From Callorhinchus milii (lineage: Eukaryota), in the NCBI RefSeq assembly GCF_018977255.1, contig NW_024705306.1, positions 1-55,465 of the forward strand: a DNA stretch of 55,465 nt. Reading direction: 5' to 3'. The notes below the pieces were generated by a model. That model had not been told where the DNA came from, did not search any database, and worked only from the letters and a program-made list of their open reading frames with translations. Positions 1-13,600 of the stretch are shown here, piece after piece (positions within the stretch are counted from its first letter, which is position 1; every line of letters begins with the position of its first letter). The position numbers were made by a program, and so were the translations under genes.

Positions 1-749
1 GGATGCGAGTACGTGCGGCGATTATGACTGAAAGATACTTGAAAGATTATACGGCGATAAAAAAAACAATCAAAAACGTTATTATTCTTAAAGGCACCAA
101 TCTCAACAGATACATCGGCAGGTTATCTGACACAGAACGGCTCGGAGTAAGGGCCTGCGACGGTGCTCCTTTTCCGAAGATCGTTATCTTATACCAAGTT
201 TACTAATTGGGGACCAGATCACCTGATAAGGATCCGGTGGGCCACCACTCCCCACGTGAGCGTGGCTCGGCGGAAGGAGGTGCCAAGAATCAGTTCGTAT
301 TGATGGATCTGTTGGGAATTTATGCGATTAAGAGTACAGCCCACTAAATATTAAAGATAAAAATTAGAATACTCTTATAAAGACGGATGGCCATCACTCG
401 GTCTCGTTGTGATGCTTCCAGCCACGGATGGCTTATGGGTTCGAGTGTTTTGAGTGGTAAGAGTTGTCTTGAATAGTCAGTGTTCGGAGTCGATTCTTTA
501 TGTCAAACAGACGCCTGGTGGTCGTGTGGTGAGGGGGCGGTGCGCGTCATACGTATCAGCGCTCCCCTGTCACCGTGGTGAATTGGCTCGGATGGCTGTT
601 GATACGCTGTCGCAGTTCGGAACCCGGTCGGTAGGTGGCGCCCACAACTCGCTCGTAGCGTGCAGCGCTGGATCGTCGCCAAGTCCCGACGCTCACCACC
701 GGCGGCAGCAGAGACCTCCGGCGGCAGAGGTTGACGAGCTGAAGATGAG

Positions 750-966
750 TCGAGCCGACCCGCTGGTCGCAGCTCGCTCCTGAGTCGACCCTCCCGGTCG
801 AGCTCGCTCCTGGGTCGACCCGCTGGTCGCCCTCGCTCCTGAGTCGACTCTCTGGTCGCACTCCTGAGTGGACCCGCTGGTCGCGCTCCTGAGTGGACCC
901 ACTGGTCGCACTCGTTCCTGAGTCGACCCTCCCGGTCGAGCTTCTGAGTGGACCCTCCCGTCGCAC
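750..966. repeat. Short degenerate tandem array (21-30-bp units, CTCCTGAGTCGACC-N4/5-GGTCG)
   Basis: About 8-9 imperfect copies, most containing a mini-hairpin. Confidence 0.85.
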
Positions 967-2338
967 TGGTTTCCAATGCTCAGGATCCGTTCCTTTATGC
1001 TGAAAAATCCCCCTGGATCCCGCCCCCAAGGCGGGGCTTCCGATTTTTGCTGTGTCAGGATCTGTCCGTAGGCAGGTGTGTCCATGTGTGTGTCCGTATG
1101 TCCTTGTGTGCATCACTGACGGTATATTCCGTTGTCACACTCCCTCCATAAAACCCACGAGCAAACAATCAGATGTTACAAATTGTCTCGAAGTCGTCTC
1201 TCTGTCTGGGTGCAATTTATCTCTTGTCTGGCCTTCTTCATGAACCCAAAACACAGACGTTACAAATCGTCTCATAGGCGTCTTTGTTCGCGTTGCACCA
1301 CCTGGAGGGAGGGGCAACGCTCTCTCCGACCCGGCGCACAAAGAAATGGTTAAAAGTTTTAAGTTAACATTTGTCCCTTACTATTTCACAGTTATGATTC
1401 TGTATGTAACCTAAGGTCTGTCGTTTCCCATCGTGGTGCTTGCTCCAGTGGAGGTGTTCCCCGAGCGTATACACACTCCTATCCCGCGCTGCGGGGATAC
1501 AAAGACGGCCGGGATCCCCTTTCTCTCCGACCCTGGGTTTAACATCGTTTTTATTATGTATTATATTCGACCTGGTGGTGATTCATCCCGTTATCCTGGC
1601 TTTTCCATAAGTTTTACTTTTGTCTTTTCATGCATATACTTATTACTATAAATTTATTCCGATATCTTAGGTTAAGGGGTAAGTTTCTTGATCCTAGGAA
1701 TTCGTATTCCTTGGTGCCTGCATGGTTATATAAGCGGAATATAGTTTACGGTGAATAGCGTTAACATTGATGTTATGTGCGATATTATGTATTGTGATGT
1801 CTTTAACTTAACTTGTTTGTCAGAGCTTTACTGACACAAAGCTGTATTTCATAGCCGCAGTCTTTGCCCCACCCTATCTCTGCTCGCCGTTGTTGTTGCC
1901 TGCCGTTAATTCAAGGCCTCATTAATTTCCGTCACTCCTGAGTAGGTGAGGGCGGTTGAACCTTGGAGTCAGTTCTGGTTTTTGTCTGCCTGCTTCTTCT
2001 TGTGTCCCCTGACCCCGGGAGTTATTATTCTACTTTATGGCCTGTCGAAGCCCCACTCGCTGTTGCTGGCTGGTGTTGTTCCCGGCTTTTTGCTTACGTT
2101 TGCAGTTCGCCGTGCTCTTAATTTCCTTCCCTCGTCAACCTTATATCGACTATTCGCTCCTGTCTGGGTGCGATTCAATTTTGACTTAGGAAGGTTCTGA
2201 TTGTCATATGCTTCGGGTCGAGTTGTATAGAAAGTATTAAGTATGGAAATAACATTTCATATTGACTTAATGATGGTGATGGTTCAGTAGGCGTAACTTG
2301 TGGCCTGGTTTAATTGGAGTGGGTGTGAATATCAATAA

Positions 2339-2970
2339 CTTTAGCCTACCCTGTTGTTAAATTCCGACTTTAACGTTACTTTAATAGCAATACAGAATAA
2401 TTGAGCTTTTTGTCTTAACTAGGCGAATGCGAACTTCTGGTGACCCCCGCAGCCTTGTTACTCAATTGGGTCTTGCCTTGAGAGATATACAACCCTCTTT
2501 TAAATCACCTCTCCCCCTGTCCAACCTTCTGCTCTGGGAGTGTTTATTCTTGATTCCAGGTCCAAGGCCCCCTCACATCCAGACGCGCAGGGTTGTTTAC
2601 ATCAGCTCCCCCCCTGTGCACGTGTTCTAACTAGCTCGGAATTCCTGAACACACAATCAGTGATGATTCCTGGCTTTCTGTGGTTGTGATTTAGACAAAG
2701 GCGCCTCTGTTTTCTTCCATTGCCTTTGAGTCGACACTGCCCTATTATTTGCCCATGTGCTGAGGTCATAGAATTCGTTTTGACTTCAGTAATATTAACA
2801 TTCAGTATTGGATTAGCAAATGGGCAATGGTTCATTGATGTAGCTCGCAGCCTGGTCTCCAATTTGAGCGAGCGCGAGGATCGATAATTTAGCCTACTCT
2901 GTTGTTGAATTTCGAATTTTGACGTTACTTTAAAACCATGCAGGATGATTGGGCTTTTGCCTTAACTATG
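2339..2970. repeat. Diverged direct repeat (~85 bp at about 2339-2421 and 2888-2968)
   Basis: TTAGCCTACyCTGTTGTTrAATT...ACGTTACTTTAA...GCTTTT..CTTAACTA occurs twice. Confidence 0.7.
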
Positions 2971-3455
2971 TCTGGCTGACACTCCCACTGTCTCTGCCGC
3001 CTGCACGGGTGACATGTGCCCGTTCATCAGGCCTTATCTTCCCTTGAAGCAAGGTTGTAAATTCTGCCATCCTAGCCCTCCTCCGGTTCATTACTTAACA
3101 ACACCTGGTGTTTTGCAGTTTGCTGCGCTTGGTGTGTTTCACTCATTACAAAAAAAAACAAGTAAAAAGATAATATATAAAAATCATCAAATATTATTAA
3201 TCTCAATTATGGAAGAAGGGTTAGGATACAACACCAGGTGGGTTGCGGCGTTTATGTGCGCGGTGGGACAGAGTCGGCGAAAATAATGAATTAATGATTC
3301 CCGCTTTGACTTCCAATTATTCGGGACCCCGGGTTCCGCCATAAGGTTCAATTAGCCCTCTCACCAATTGGTTAGCAACTGCTTTTAAAATAAACCGGAC
3401 ATCGCAGGGTAAAAGTAGGGTGTCAGCATATAAAACCAGAGCAGGATCAATTCAC

Positions 3456-4648
3456 CGGATGTTCTTGAGAGTGAGGGGAACCCAAGTGGAAGGGTGGATG
3501 TTGGGGTTGAGACGTCGAACTCGGATGCATTCCTTGGTGCTGGGCCAGCCTAGGTTCGCAAACTTCTTGGCTGCTTCTGCACACACACCATTGCGACAGC
3601 ACGCAAACACATAAAGGCAGCTGTGGAAACGGTTTCAGAGAAATTCTCAATCACACTTCGCATTCTATACTTATGTACTTCTTTAGCACTGTACGTAGCC
3701 AACCATTAACATGAATGGGGAGGTCACATGGCCCAGTGATAGCACGTTCACCGCTTGTTAATGGTGTTTGCGGTTTTGGATTCGGTGAGCTACCATGGTA
3801 AATACTGTCGTGCTTATTAACCATGAAATACTACACGCCATCTGCTTCACTCACAGTGGACGTTAAAGATCCCATGATGTTCTTTAAAGAGGAATAGACC
3901 ACTATGTACCGGCGTCATGTTTTTTATAAAACACTAGCAAATTACTTCATTCATAAACACGGCAATCATCGCCCCCTTCCTGTGAAACACTTAGCAGGAC
4001 CTTTCTAAAAACGAGACTGATTGGTAAACAAGCGTAATCACAATGATAATAATTAAGCACGTCCTCTTTCAGTACCTGGTTGCTGCTCTTTGCTGATTGG
4101 ATGCCCTTTATCACCATTCTGAGGGATGCAATGTCCTTTCTGGAGAGCTGATTCCAGAGACAACACATTTACAATTCCATTTCTACAAACATCTTCCATC
4201 AAATGGTCATGATAAAATGGACAGAGAACGGCAGAGGAGTAACAGCCGTTGTAGTTGATCAGTCACAGGGTGACCACATAATTTAATGGCCCATCTTACC
4301 TTGCAACATTTTCCAAAGTGTTAGGTAAAAGCCACCTCAAGTCACTTAAGAAATTCAGGTCCACAACTATGTTTACATGAGCCTCAGTGAGAAAGTTTTT
4401 TGCGACCAAATGAAGGTGATGTGGTATAAATGCATCATCATCAGTCAAAAGGGACACCGCGTTTCACCTGGAGGTGCAGAGGTTTTTACGGGGCCACTGA
4501 GCTGGGGTTCAGATTCCTTCTGTGCTGGAGAAAACACCCACTGCTCTCTCTCTGCCTCTTCCATGGGACTTCCCTCTCTCTTGGGAATGAGACCAAAGTC
4601 TCCCCAGGCCTCCTTCTGTTTCCGCGACTGCTTTACTTGCACCGTTAT
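3456..4648 (-). CDS. TTC17: TTC17 exons 18-19
   Basis: 4648-4468 (ITVQVK...SAPP|G) and 3576-3456 (AAKKFANLGWPSTKEC...STWVPLTLKNI). Confidence 0.85.
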
Positions 4649-7600
4649 CTGCACAACAACAACAACAACAGCCAAGCAACATCCACGTCGAGTCACCAAC
4701 GTTGCCTTAAAGTGATCACAAAGGTGTCTCAATAAGAGGCTAAAGTTATTATTTAGAGAACATGTTAGCATTCACAATGCAGCCTCCCTCTGATCAAATG
4801 TGTGCCAGAAACCCAGTTGCAATCTAATGACAGCAGCAGAGAAGTCGTTTGGTTTGTGCTTCAGCTATGACTGTGCAGAGTCAAAGAGATGAAGATCCAA
4901 AGGAACTAGGTCTGGTATGCAAGTCAGATGTTGTAGAAGATCCCTCCGAGCTTCCCTAACAGATCCATTGGTATGTGGACAGCGTATCACTGTACAATAT
5001 CGTGCTGAAACCCGCTCCCTTTACCACCAGTATGGTGTGTTTACAGGCCAATGCCAGACTTCATTTTATCCTCCAACAAATAACAATGGAAGGAACCGAT
5101 GATCACGATTCAATGGCGCAAGGCAAAGATGCGTGGCCGTCAAAGAAGAACGGAGCAAGTCTTGCATTACCGGATAAGCCATTCTCCCAAGCATACATAA
5201 AACATTCCTGTTCATCTGTAATTAAAAGAAACCTATCAGAAGCACCGCCGCTAGGGTGTGTTAGTTTAATGCAAATGAGAGGTTTTTTTTGGTTAGATCG
5301 TGTAAATATAAATGTGTCATTACATCCGCCACCACCTGACACAGCCAATTAGTAAGGTTTGTCACGTAAACAAAACATGCCAATTCGTTACTAGTACAGC
5401 ACACCGGTGTGATGGAGAGTACACCGACAACATTTACAATTCGAGTACGACGTTTCGCCAGTAATTACAACTAGCATCATCAGGTGACAAACAATCTCGA
5501 ATTGTAAATGTTGTGGATTTACTCTCCAATACACCAGAACAGTAGTTGTGTAGGGTAGAGAGATGGGCTTTGTGGCACTACACAAATAAATACTGCTGTG
5601 GGGCGTGTGCTTCATAAAAAGGAGGTGGCAAAATTGCACGTCCAGCTTGAGATGCAGACGTTATCAGTCACATGTACAGGCATCTACACGACTGCAGGGC
5701 AAAGGTTAGACCAAGGTCAGGTTAAGTGATCACACGTGAGTTTTCTCCGGGGACTCCAGTTTCATTGTTAATGGAGTTGGCCCAAGATGCCAAGAGAGGA
5801 CCACACCAAATAAATATCAAATACTCCCAAAAACAACTGTTAGCAGTAGCAGAACACACGTGCCAACAAGGACACTCATTTGATTTTGATGTTGAAGTTC
5901 TGTGCAAAACTAGCTACTACTGGCCAAGACTAATTAGAAAATCTATCGAAATAAAAATAAATAAAAATAATTTAAACCGTTCGCATAGCTACCGACTTAG
6001 TGCTGCGTGGAAGCGAATTACCAAATAATACATTGTTTAAATGCATGCCAATACAGGCCACCATACTTCAATAGGGTTTACTGTATTTTCCCGTATATAG
6101 CCCGCATACACATATAACCCGCAGACGCATATACCCCGCAAAAATAGCGTTTTGTTTAAAACAAATTTCAGAGAGCCCGCACCTCCATATACCCCACATG
6201 CATTCATATCTTTAAGGTCGGTACCGCAGCTTAATTCCATCATATTAATACAAAGTTTACATTTGTAATACATTCCACTATTAATTGTTAACATTAAAAT
6301 CATAACGTGCACAAAGAAAACAAACTAATCGGAAACGAGTGAACTTAAAACAGTAAATAAGTAACAAAAGTAAATATCCAATAAATAAGTAACACATAAC
6401 TGGTAGATAAGTAAGTAAGCGTACTGTTAGGCTTACCAGCATTCGACCTCATCATTTTTACAGCTACTGGACCAGTAGTTACCCCTGTACAGTTTCAGCA
6501 CTGGTAGATTGCGCACTTTGCAGACAATAGCGGCACTAATGTAACGCCACTGCCTCCTGGCAAAAAAGCCATTGGAAGTTTGAAACAAAGCTCATGGTCG
6601 CGACTGTATCGTGCTCAGCCAATAGCAGCGGCCTAAGGGACTCGGCAATTATGATTCCGTGTCTGGTAGATGCTTGTTAAGGCCCTTCCCATTGCGCAAT
6701 GTAAACATTGTACTAACAATTTGAATAATTTAAAACGTGATAACATGTGCAATTTTAGTGTTAGTGGTTTATTCAGCAGTGCTTTAGTCAAAGGTAAGTG
6801 TTGCATAGTGGATAGTCCTACCATGAAAAAAATTAAACGAGTTATGACATATCACACGTGTAAAATCTTTTCGTGATAGCCCGCACCTCCATATACCCCA
6901 CAGGGTCTTGTTTTGTTTGTAAAAAGTGGTCTACCCCGCGGGTTATATGCGGGAAAATACGGAACCGTTGGTACGGCTATTTACACACAATGGACAGGAA
7001 GGAACAGATCAAAGGGCTCACATAATGCACGTGCATAATGTACGTTGACTCATTAATCCCCCCCCACCCCCCACTTTGCGCAAGAGCGCAGAAGTGTGGT
7101 CACCACATCTATGCCTCTAAATAATGAACGAAACAGGAGGACTTCTCCACAAATCTGGCTGTCGCCTGATGAAGCTAGTTGTAATTGCTGGCGAAACGTC
7201 GTACTCAGATTGTAAATGTTGTGGCTTGGCTCTCCAACACACCGGTGTGCTGTACTAGTGACGAAAAAGGGGAAAACCTATTCTCATATTTTGGTACTGG
7301 CAAAGGAGGTCCCATGATGTAACCCTTACTAGTTGACTGTATCGGGTGGTGGCGGGTTTAACGACACATTAATATATTTACGCGATCTAACCCAAAAACC
7401 TCTATTATGGATGATATTGGTCGCGAAAGCCTCCTACGTGTTCAACTAGGACCACAGAGCTTTAAAACTTATTGGTGTTGATTCAGGCTGCCTTCCCACT
7501 TATCTGTGGTTTCCCGCACCTCTGAATCATATTCTCTCTCTGGGAGCAAACAAGAATGGTGCACGTTATACATTTAACATCGTAACTTTATAATTATAAT

Positions 7601-10600
7601 TTTCATTTGTAAGCCACATTTCATCCGTGGATACCAATACGCCACGTATGACAAGCAGGAAATAAACAGTACCGGAGTAAATGGCCAGAATTCGGGGGGT
7701 AAAGGTAAGTTTTTAAAGAGGTGAGTTTTTCAAGACAGACTTAATATATCTAATTATTCTGAGCATCTTATTAGCAAAGGAAAAGCGTTACAAGGCTTGA
7801 GAACTGCACTGGCAAAAGTCAAATATCACTGTTGTAAGGTGCTTACCCACTCATCTTCATCTCCATCGCGACAGTCCCCAAAGCAGGGCCCGGCCTGTGA
7901 GTCGCCAGCAACCATGCGTAGCCCCTGCAAGTCCACCCGCTGCCCTTTGACCTCGAGCGCTCCCTCGAACCAACCGCTCTCTGACCACACGGTGGACAAG
8001 ACGTCGCCCAGTGCCGACCGCGGCTCCTCCACCGTGGAGTCGTCAGTGCCGCGCTGCTCTGTACTTCCGTCAGCCGAGTCCAGTGTGGAGGACTTTGCCT
8101 CTTCTTCCAAGCCTTGCGTCTCCTTCCGAGTGAGTTCCGGCCCTGAGTTTATTCCCTCCTTCCCTTCCACTTTGAAGAGCCTCTCTTTCTGACTTGGCTG
8201 CATATCTAAGCTTGTTTTCCAATTGTCAGATATCATTTCGGCCTCAAGATCTTGCTTTGGCTCATCTTCTTTGAGTTTCCCCACCTCATCCGCCTCCTCT
8301 GATTCTGGCTTTTGCTCCTCCTTCAAGTGGACCTCCTCCCCTGTGCCATTTTGGCTTCCAGCACCTACAACACATTATAAGCTGGCTCAAACAATACAGC
8401 CACCACTCATTCACACCATACAGCCACCACTCATTCACATTCTACATGCAGTTCACCACTCACTCACCCAATGCTTCAATCACTCAACAAATGCACCAGT
8501 CACTCTTCCCAATACAGAAAACACTCAATGAAGGTGTGGCGAGTGTCGGTGCAGTGAGTGTCAGGTCATGGTATCTGGTAAGGAGCGAGTCTGAGGGGGT
8601 AGGGAGTGGTGTGTCAGGTGACTAGTGGTGAGTAGTATCTGGTTAAAACATTTAAGTTTATATTGAACACCCACATATAGGCAGGGCTGTCCAATAGTTA
8701 AACGATGCAGAGACAACAGCAATTGTCCATAGTGATTACAACACAGACATGTGCTGCTGATAACTCGTACCACTGGAGAAGCTATACAATAACAATGTGT
8801 TACGTAGTTCTGTATAATTTTGAACAACACTCAGACTGATTACCGTTAAGATGTTTGTGAAACATGTAACGGGATTGTTAACAGAAGACAAACCTTGTTC
8901 TGTCCTTCCATGCTGAACGAGGGAAGAAGGAAGTGCCGCCCCTATGTCTCGTGTGCCGCGTGTTGCAGGGACCTCTTGCTGCTCACTGCAATTCCCTGGA
9001 AACAGTCGGCACACTCGACACTTACTATGCGCTCGCCAATCCCCACACACTAGACAACGCGACGGTATGTAGACAACACGTGCTCCAGAGTTAGATGGAG
9101 GGAGGGGGCCCGCCGAGTCAGTCGGGGTGTTGCCAGTACATGACGGCATGGTGATCTTATCGGAATAAATATGGGAAGGAGGCAGATTATCTGCTTATTT
9201 TATTTGTGATCGATATTCTCTCCAATGAAAGTCATTATTGTGTTGTGTATTCTATAGTTTTCCCTCAAACTAGGACTCATAACTAATCGTGGTTGTTCAT
9301 AAGTACTCTGATGAGACCGACTTTGCCGATGACACACTCAATGTCATAACTGGTGAAGAGTTTACTTGTAGTAATCCAATGCTGCTGAATAAACATACTC
9401 TCTGGCCATGTAGTTGATGGGATGTATAAAATATACTTTAATTTCTTATATATGCAAGGACAGATAGAGGAAGGTGATGTATTATCAGCTAATTTACTCT
9501 GATAATTATATATGGTTGAGCTAGAGCGAGAGGCTCACTGGGTCAGAGTTGGGGTTTTACCGGTTCGTGACAGCGTGGTGATCTTGTACAGGGTTGGGTA
9601 TAGCTGCAGGCAACGGGCTCGGAGCAGGCCCTGTCCGCAGAGGTCACAGTGCTGGTTCAGCTGCAGTGCTCGGTCAAACGCTTCCACCGCTCCACTTGCC
9701 TTCCGATCATCCAGCAACACGTTGCCCAGCACCAGAAAAGCCGCGGCCTTCACACCCAAACACGACAACTTTAGTAATCAAATTTAGAAATCGAGACAGT
9801 TTTATTTCAAAGGAACCTTGCGTGTCTTAGCCAATCATTGTTTGAGTAAATACAGGTCCAGTACATGCCGTGATTTCCATATGCATGTGTGTGTGGCGAG
9901 CTCAGCAGCTTTCTTCCCAAGTGTCCTCCAAGATCTGCCTCTGTGGAGGAGGTTCATGAAGAACGCTACTGGGCAGTTGCAGGCAGTCACCCTCCAAAAA
10001 CAATGAAGAGCGGTGGAGCAACGAACAAAAAATTGAGTCGAGGGCTGGGCAGCTAAAACACAATGAAGTGGCACAGTGGGGGCGACGGTTGGTGTATTTG
10101 CTAGTCCTCTCAAACCATAGCGCCTGGGTCTGTCCCATGACCTGCCAGAGAGCCTTCCACACTTGACGTGACAGCCTTAAAGTGCAATTAGCCTGGCACA
10201 GGCACTGCGATGACGTCTTCACCACTTAGCGGCGAATGGCGGCGTGGTTTTGCGGTGGTGAGGCTCACCTGGTCGGCAGTGTGGTTGAGCGAGTGGTTTA
10301 GAAGGAGGGCGGCTTCCGTCAGCTGGCTCAGGTGCAGCGCGAGGGCTGCGTGGTCCGTAAGCGGCACGTGCCGCGCGCCCTGGGGAGCCAAACGCACTGC
10401 GGCCTGCAAGCACGCGGCTGCTCGTACCGCCTTCCCCTCTCCACGCCAGTGCAGCCCAGCGAGCACGTGGAAGACCCACCGGGGCTCTACGCACTGCGAG
10501 CCCCGCCATGCACAGATTTACACTCCCTTCATGAGGGTCATGCACTGTTACCAATTCTATGAAGTATGGTTTTAATTTCCACATGTGTTCACATCCAGGT

Positions 10601-13600
10601 AGCGTAGTGCAGCGGAAACATAGGCCAGCGGCAGTGCGTTTTCCACTTGTTGCGGAGATTTGTGGTCCGGTTTCAGCAGCCGCCCTGGTTAATACTTTGG
10701 GTGTATTAACTGTCAAAATATGTGCCATTTGCGACACAGCGTACATTAAAAATCCCGTACTGTCATTTCAAAATAGTCGGCCATTGCTTTCCGGCATCAG
10801 GGTCCAAATTTGCTAAATTTTAAATGTACATGCAAATGTTTCAATTGCTTCAAATAGCATAACAACATCACCCCTTACTGTGAAACTACTGCAGTATGTG
10901 GGAAGTATGGATACCAAATGTGAGTAATTTCACCTACAGTGGCTCAAGCATAAACTCACCTTGTCAATGGCGAGGGACAAAGCCCGAGTCACATTATCTT
11001 TCGCTCTCGACAGTCTCGCCAACCACTGCACACAACACCAGGAGGGCTATGTTAATCATAACCATATTATTATTCAGGATGAATACAGGTAGGGCACCAC
11101 AGTGACGAGATGTTAACTCCCTCGCCTGGTATGCAGTAGGTCATGGGCTCGATCCCAACCCTGATGCCTGTATATTTGGAGTTTGCATGTTTTCCCCATT
11201 GTTGCGTGGATTTTTCTCCGGCTCCTGAAGTGTTTCCCTCCACATTTAGATGTGTGTTTAGCTTATTTGGCTGCTTTAAATTTCCACATGTTAAACCACT
11301 TCGTTGAGCTATCATTTGTGGCAAGGTATATTCTAAAAAAAAGCTATATAGCTTAGTGGGCTTTACCTGGTAAAATAAGAATAGTTTAAAAAAGGTAAGT
11401 CCAAAAAAATGTCACAGTAATTTCTCGCTCAAATGAGCTTTGAGGCATTGGTGCCTCAAAGCTCCAATTTAAAGCCCTGCGCAAGTGGTGGAATTTCCTT
11501 ATTCTTATGGACAACCACTTTTGACTTGGGTGCTCATTTTATTGACCCCAGAGGATTTGAACTCGTGTCCTTCCAATTGTGAGCCACTCGCTTTGCCACT
11601 GAGCCACCTGGGCAGATTAAAGGCAAGTAAATGCTTCACAATTTAATGAAACTGATTTTCTTGGCAAGATTAATTTTATTTAAACTGATGCAACCTTTGG
11701 GTATAATAATTCTGATTACACATAGCAACTTAGTTCCCCGACTACAATACTACAAAATTTCGATTTAAAGCTTTCGTGACTGCAGGGATTCATCTTCTTG
11801 GTTCTTTCGGTAAAGTCACGTAGAAGGGAAGTAATAAAATAATAAAAATAAAACATAATAAAATAATTCTCACGACGTTTCGGCCACAACGCAAGCAGCC
11901 GTCCTCAGGTGAAACCAGGTCTGTCGAGGCGACAGACCTACTACTGGCAACTCTACTCATCTGTGAAAAACAGCGCCTTCCTTAAGGTGAGCCTTGTGCT
12001 ATAAAAATGGTGCCAAATGTACAATGCTCCTGCCAGGAAACCGGAGCGCCACCGCAAATATGTGGTGTCACATACGCACTGCACATCACATGCCAAGTAA
12101 CACCACAACCTGTGAGTGGAAACTTTGTAAAACCTCCATTTTGTTTGCATCGGTTGCAAATATGACCATCTTTTCAGTTTGTTATTGCCTGTATTTATCC
12201 AGCAATGCCTCACTGAGTCTCAACTCTCTTTCAGAAAGGTCCTGCAACATTGGGATGCTTGGCAAACACCAATGACCTTGTTTTTTATTTTAGCTATGGG
12301 AGGAAACTGGAGAACCCAGAGAAAATCCATGCAGTACAAGGGGAGAACATACAAACTCCACACAGAAAGGCACCCGAGTCGGGAAGAAAAACTCAGGTCC
12401 TTGCTGCGAGGCACGAGTGTTACCACTGCGCCACCGCCCTGTCACCCTCGAAGCATTGAGGAGAATGTTGAATTGCTTTCGAATTACGTGATGTTTGTTT
12501 TTACCACCTCAGCCTCCCTTCAAAAACTTTACGAGCCACAAAAGCGGATGACTGTGACAGGACATTGGGAGGGAGGAGAGTGGTGAGGGAGGGGATTGGC
12601 GAGGACAAGCAAAAGGAAGAACGGGTGGCCGAGAGCTGTGCGAGAATCTGACCTGCTGAATTAACGGCTCTCTTCTCTCAGTGGCTATACCGCCGTGGGT
12701 GACGGAGGTTTCTGAGCTGCCGGGCTGGAAATGCCTGGGCTCCGGCTTGAGGCAGCATGCTCTGTGAGCAGTCTCTCCAGGCATTTCCGGTTGCGCTGAT
12801 TGCGTGCTGTGTGCCATAGCACACCGTGGCTTTTCAGGAGAGTTCATGACATCCTCCAACATCTGAGTCAGGCTTCCAAAAACAAAGCACATTGGCGGCA
12901 TTCAGCATATGAGGTATTTAAAACAGTTGTAAACATATGAAAACGTCAACAAAGTTAAAGTGATTTCCTGCTAAAATGAGTATTTAGGTGGTTCTCTTAT
13001 GCTGTTACGGTCAATGTAGTTGTGGGAATTACACATTGCAATAGTGGGAAAGTCTCCCAATTGGACAAACACTGTTTACTCCCCCACAGTGGTACCTACT
13101 TTATTGATTCCAGAGTTGATGGACTCTGGACTGAACTCCCCACCAGCATTTAAATTCGCACCTTGTGATTGCGAGCTGCTCACTAGATTGCTGGGCAACC
13201 TGACCGGCCAGCATATAACATATGAAGTAGTAACTTTATGAATTTCTGAAATAAATGTGGTCCTACCCATTGTGTGTCTATGGTGATGTCTTACTTCATT
13301 CCCATGGTGTCCAGAAGAAAAGAAAATATCGGTGGAACTGAAGCAGGTGAAGTTGTGGGAAAAGTATGAAGACACTGCTTCCTCTGGGGCCAAAGGAAAC
13401 CCTGAATGGACATCACAAGGCTCAAATAGCGTTAACAGACACACACCACACACACACTCCACACACACGCATCTGCACAACCGAAAATATATTGTTTTGT
13501 ACATAACCGATCTCAGGCTGTCCAACGGGAATCTGAAGTTCATTGTGAAGAGAATATACGTTTGAGGTAGGTGCGTGGTTCAGGGGTGACAGCACTGAGC

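Larger units (their letters stand above)
5383..7440 (+). mobile_element. Degenerate PLE of a second family: inverted pLTR + GIY-YIG remnant + 3' pLTR
   Basis: 5383-5488 is the reverse complement of about 7160-7266. ORF 5726-6028 ends AVAEH...GHSFDFDVEVLCK...RLIRKSIEI...NLNR...YRLSAAWK, a PLE endonuclease C-terminus. Confidence 0.75.

Noticed and set aside
4076..4182. Possible extra TTC17 exon with AG/GT ends
   Set aside because: In-frame stop in the required phase, no homology, and the flanking exons join correctly without it
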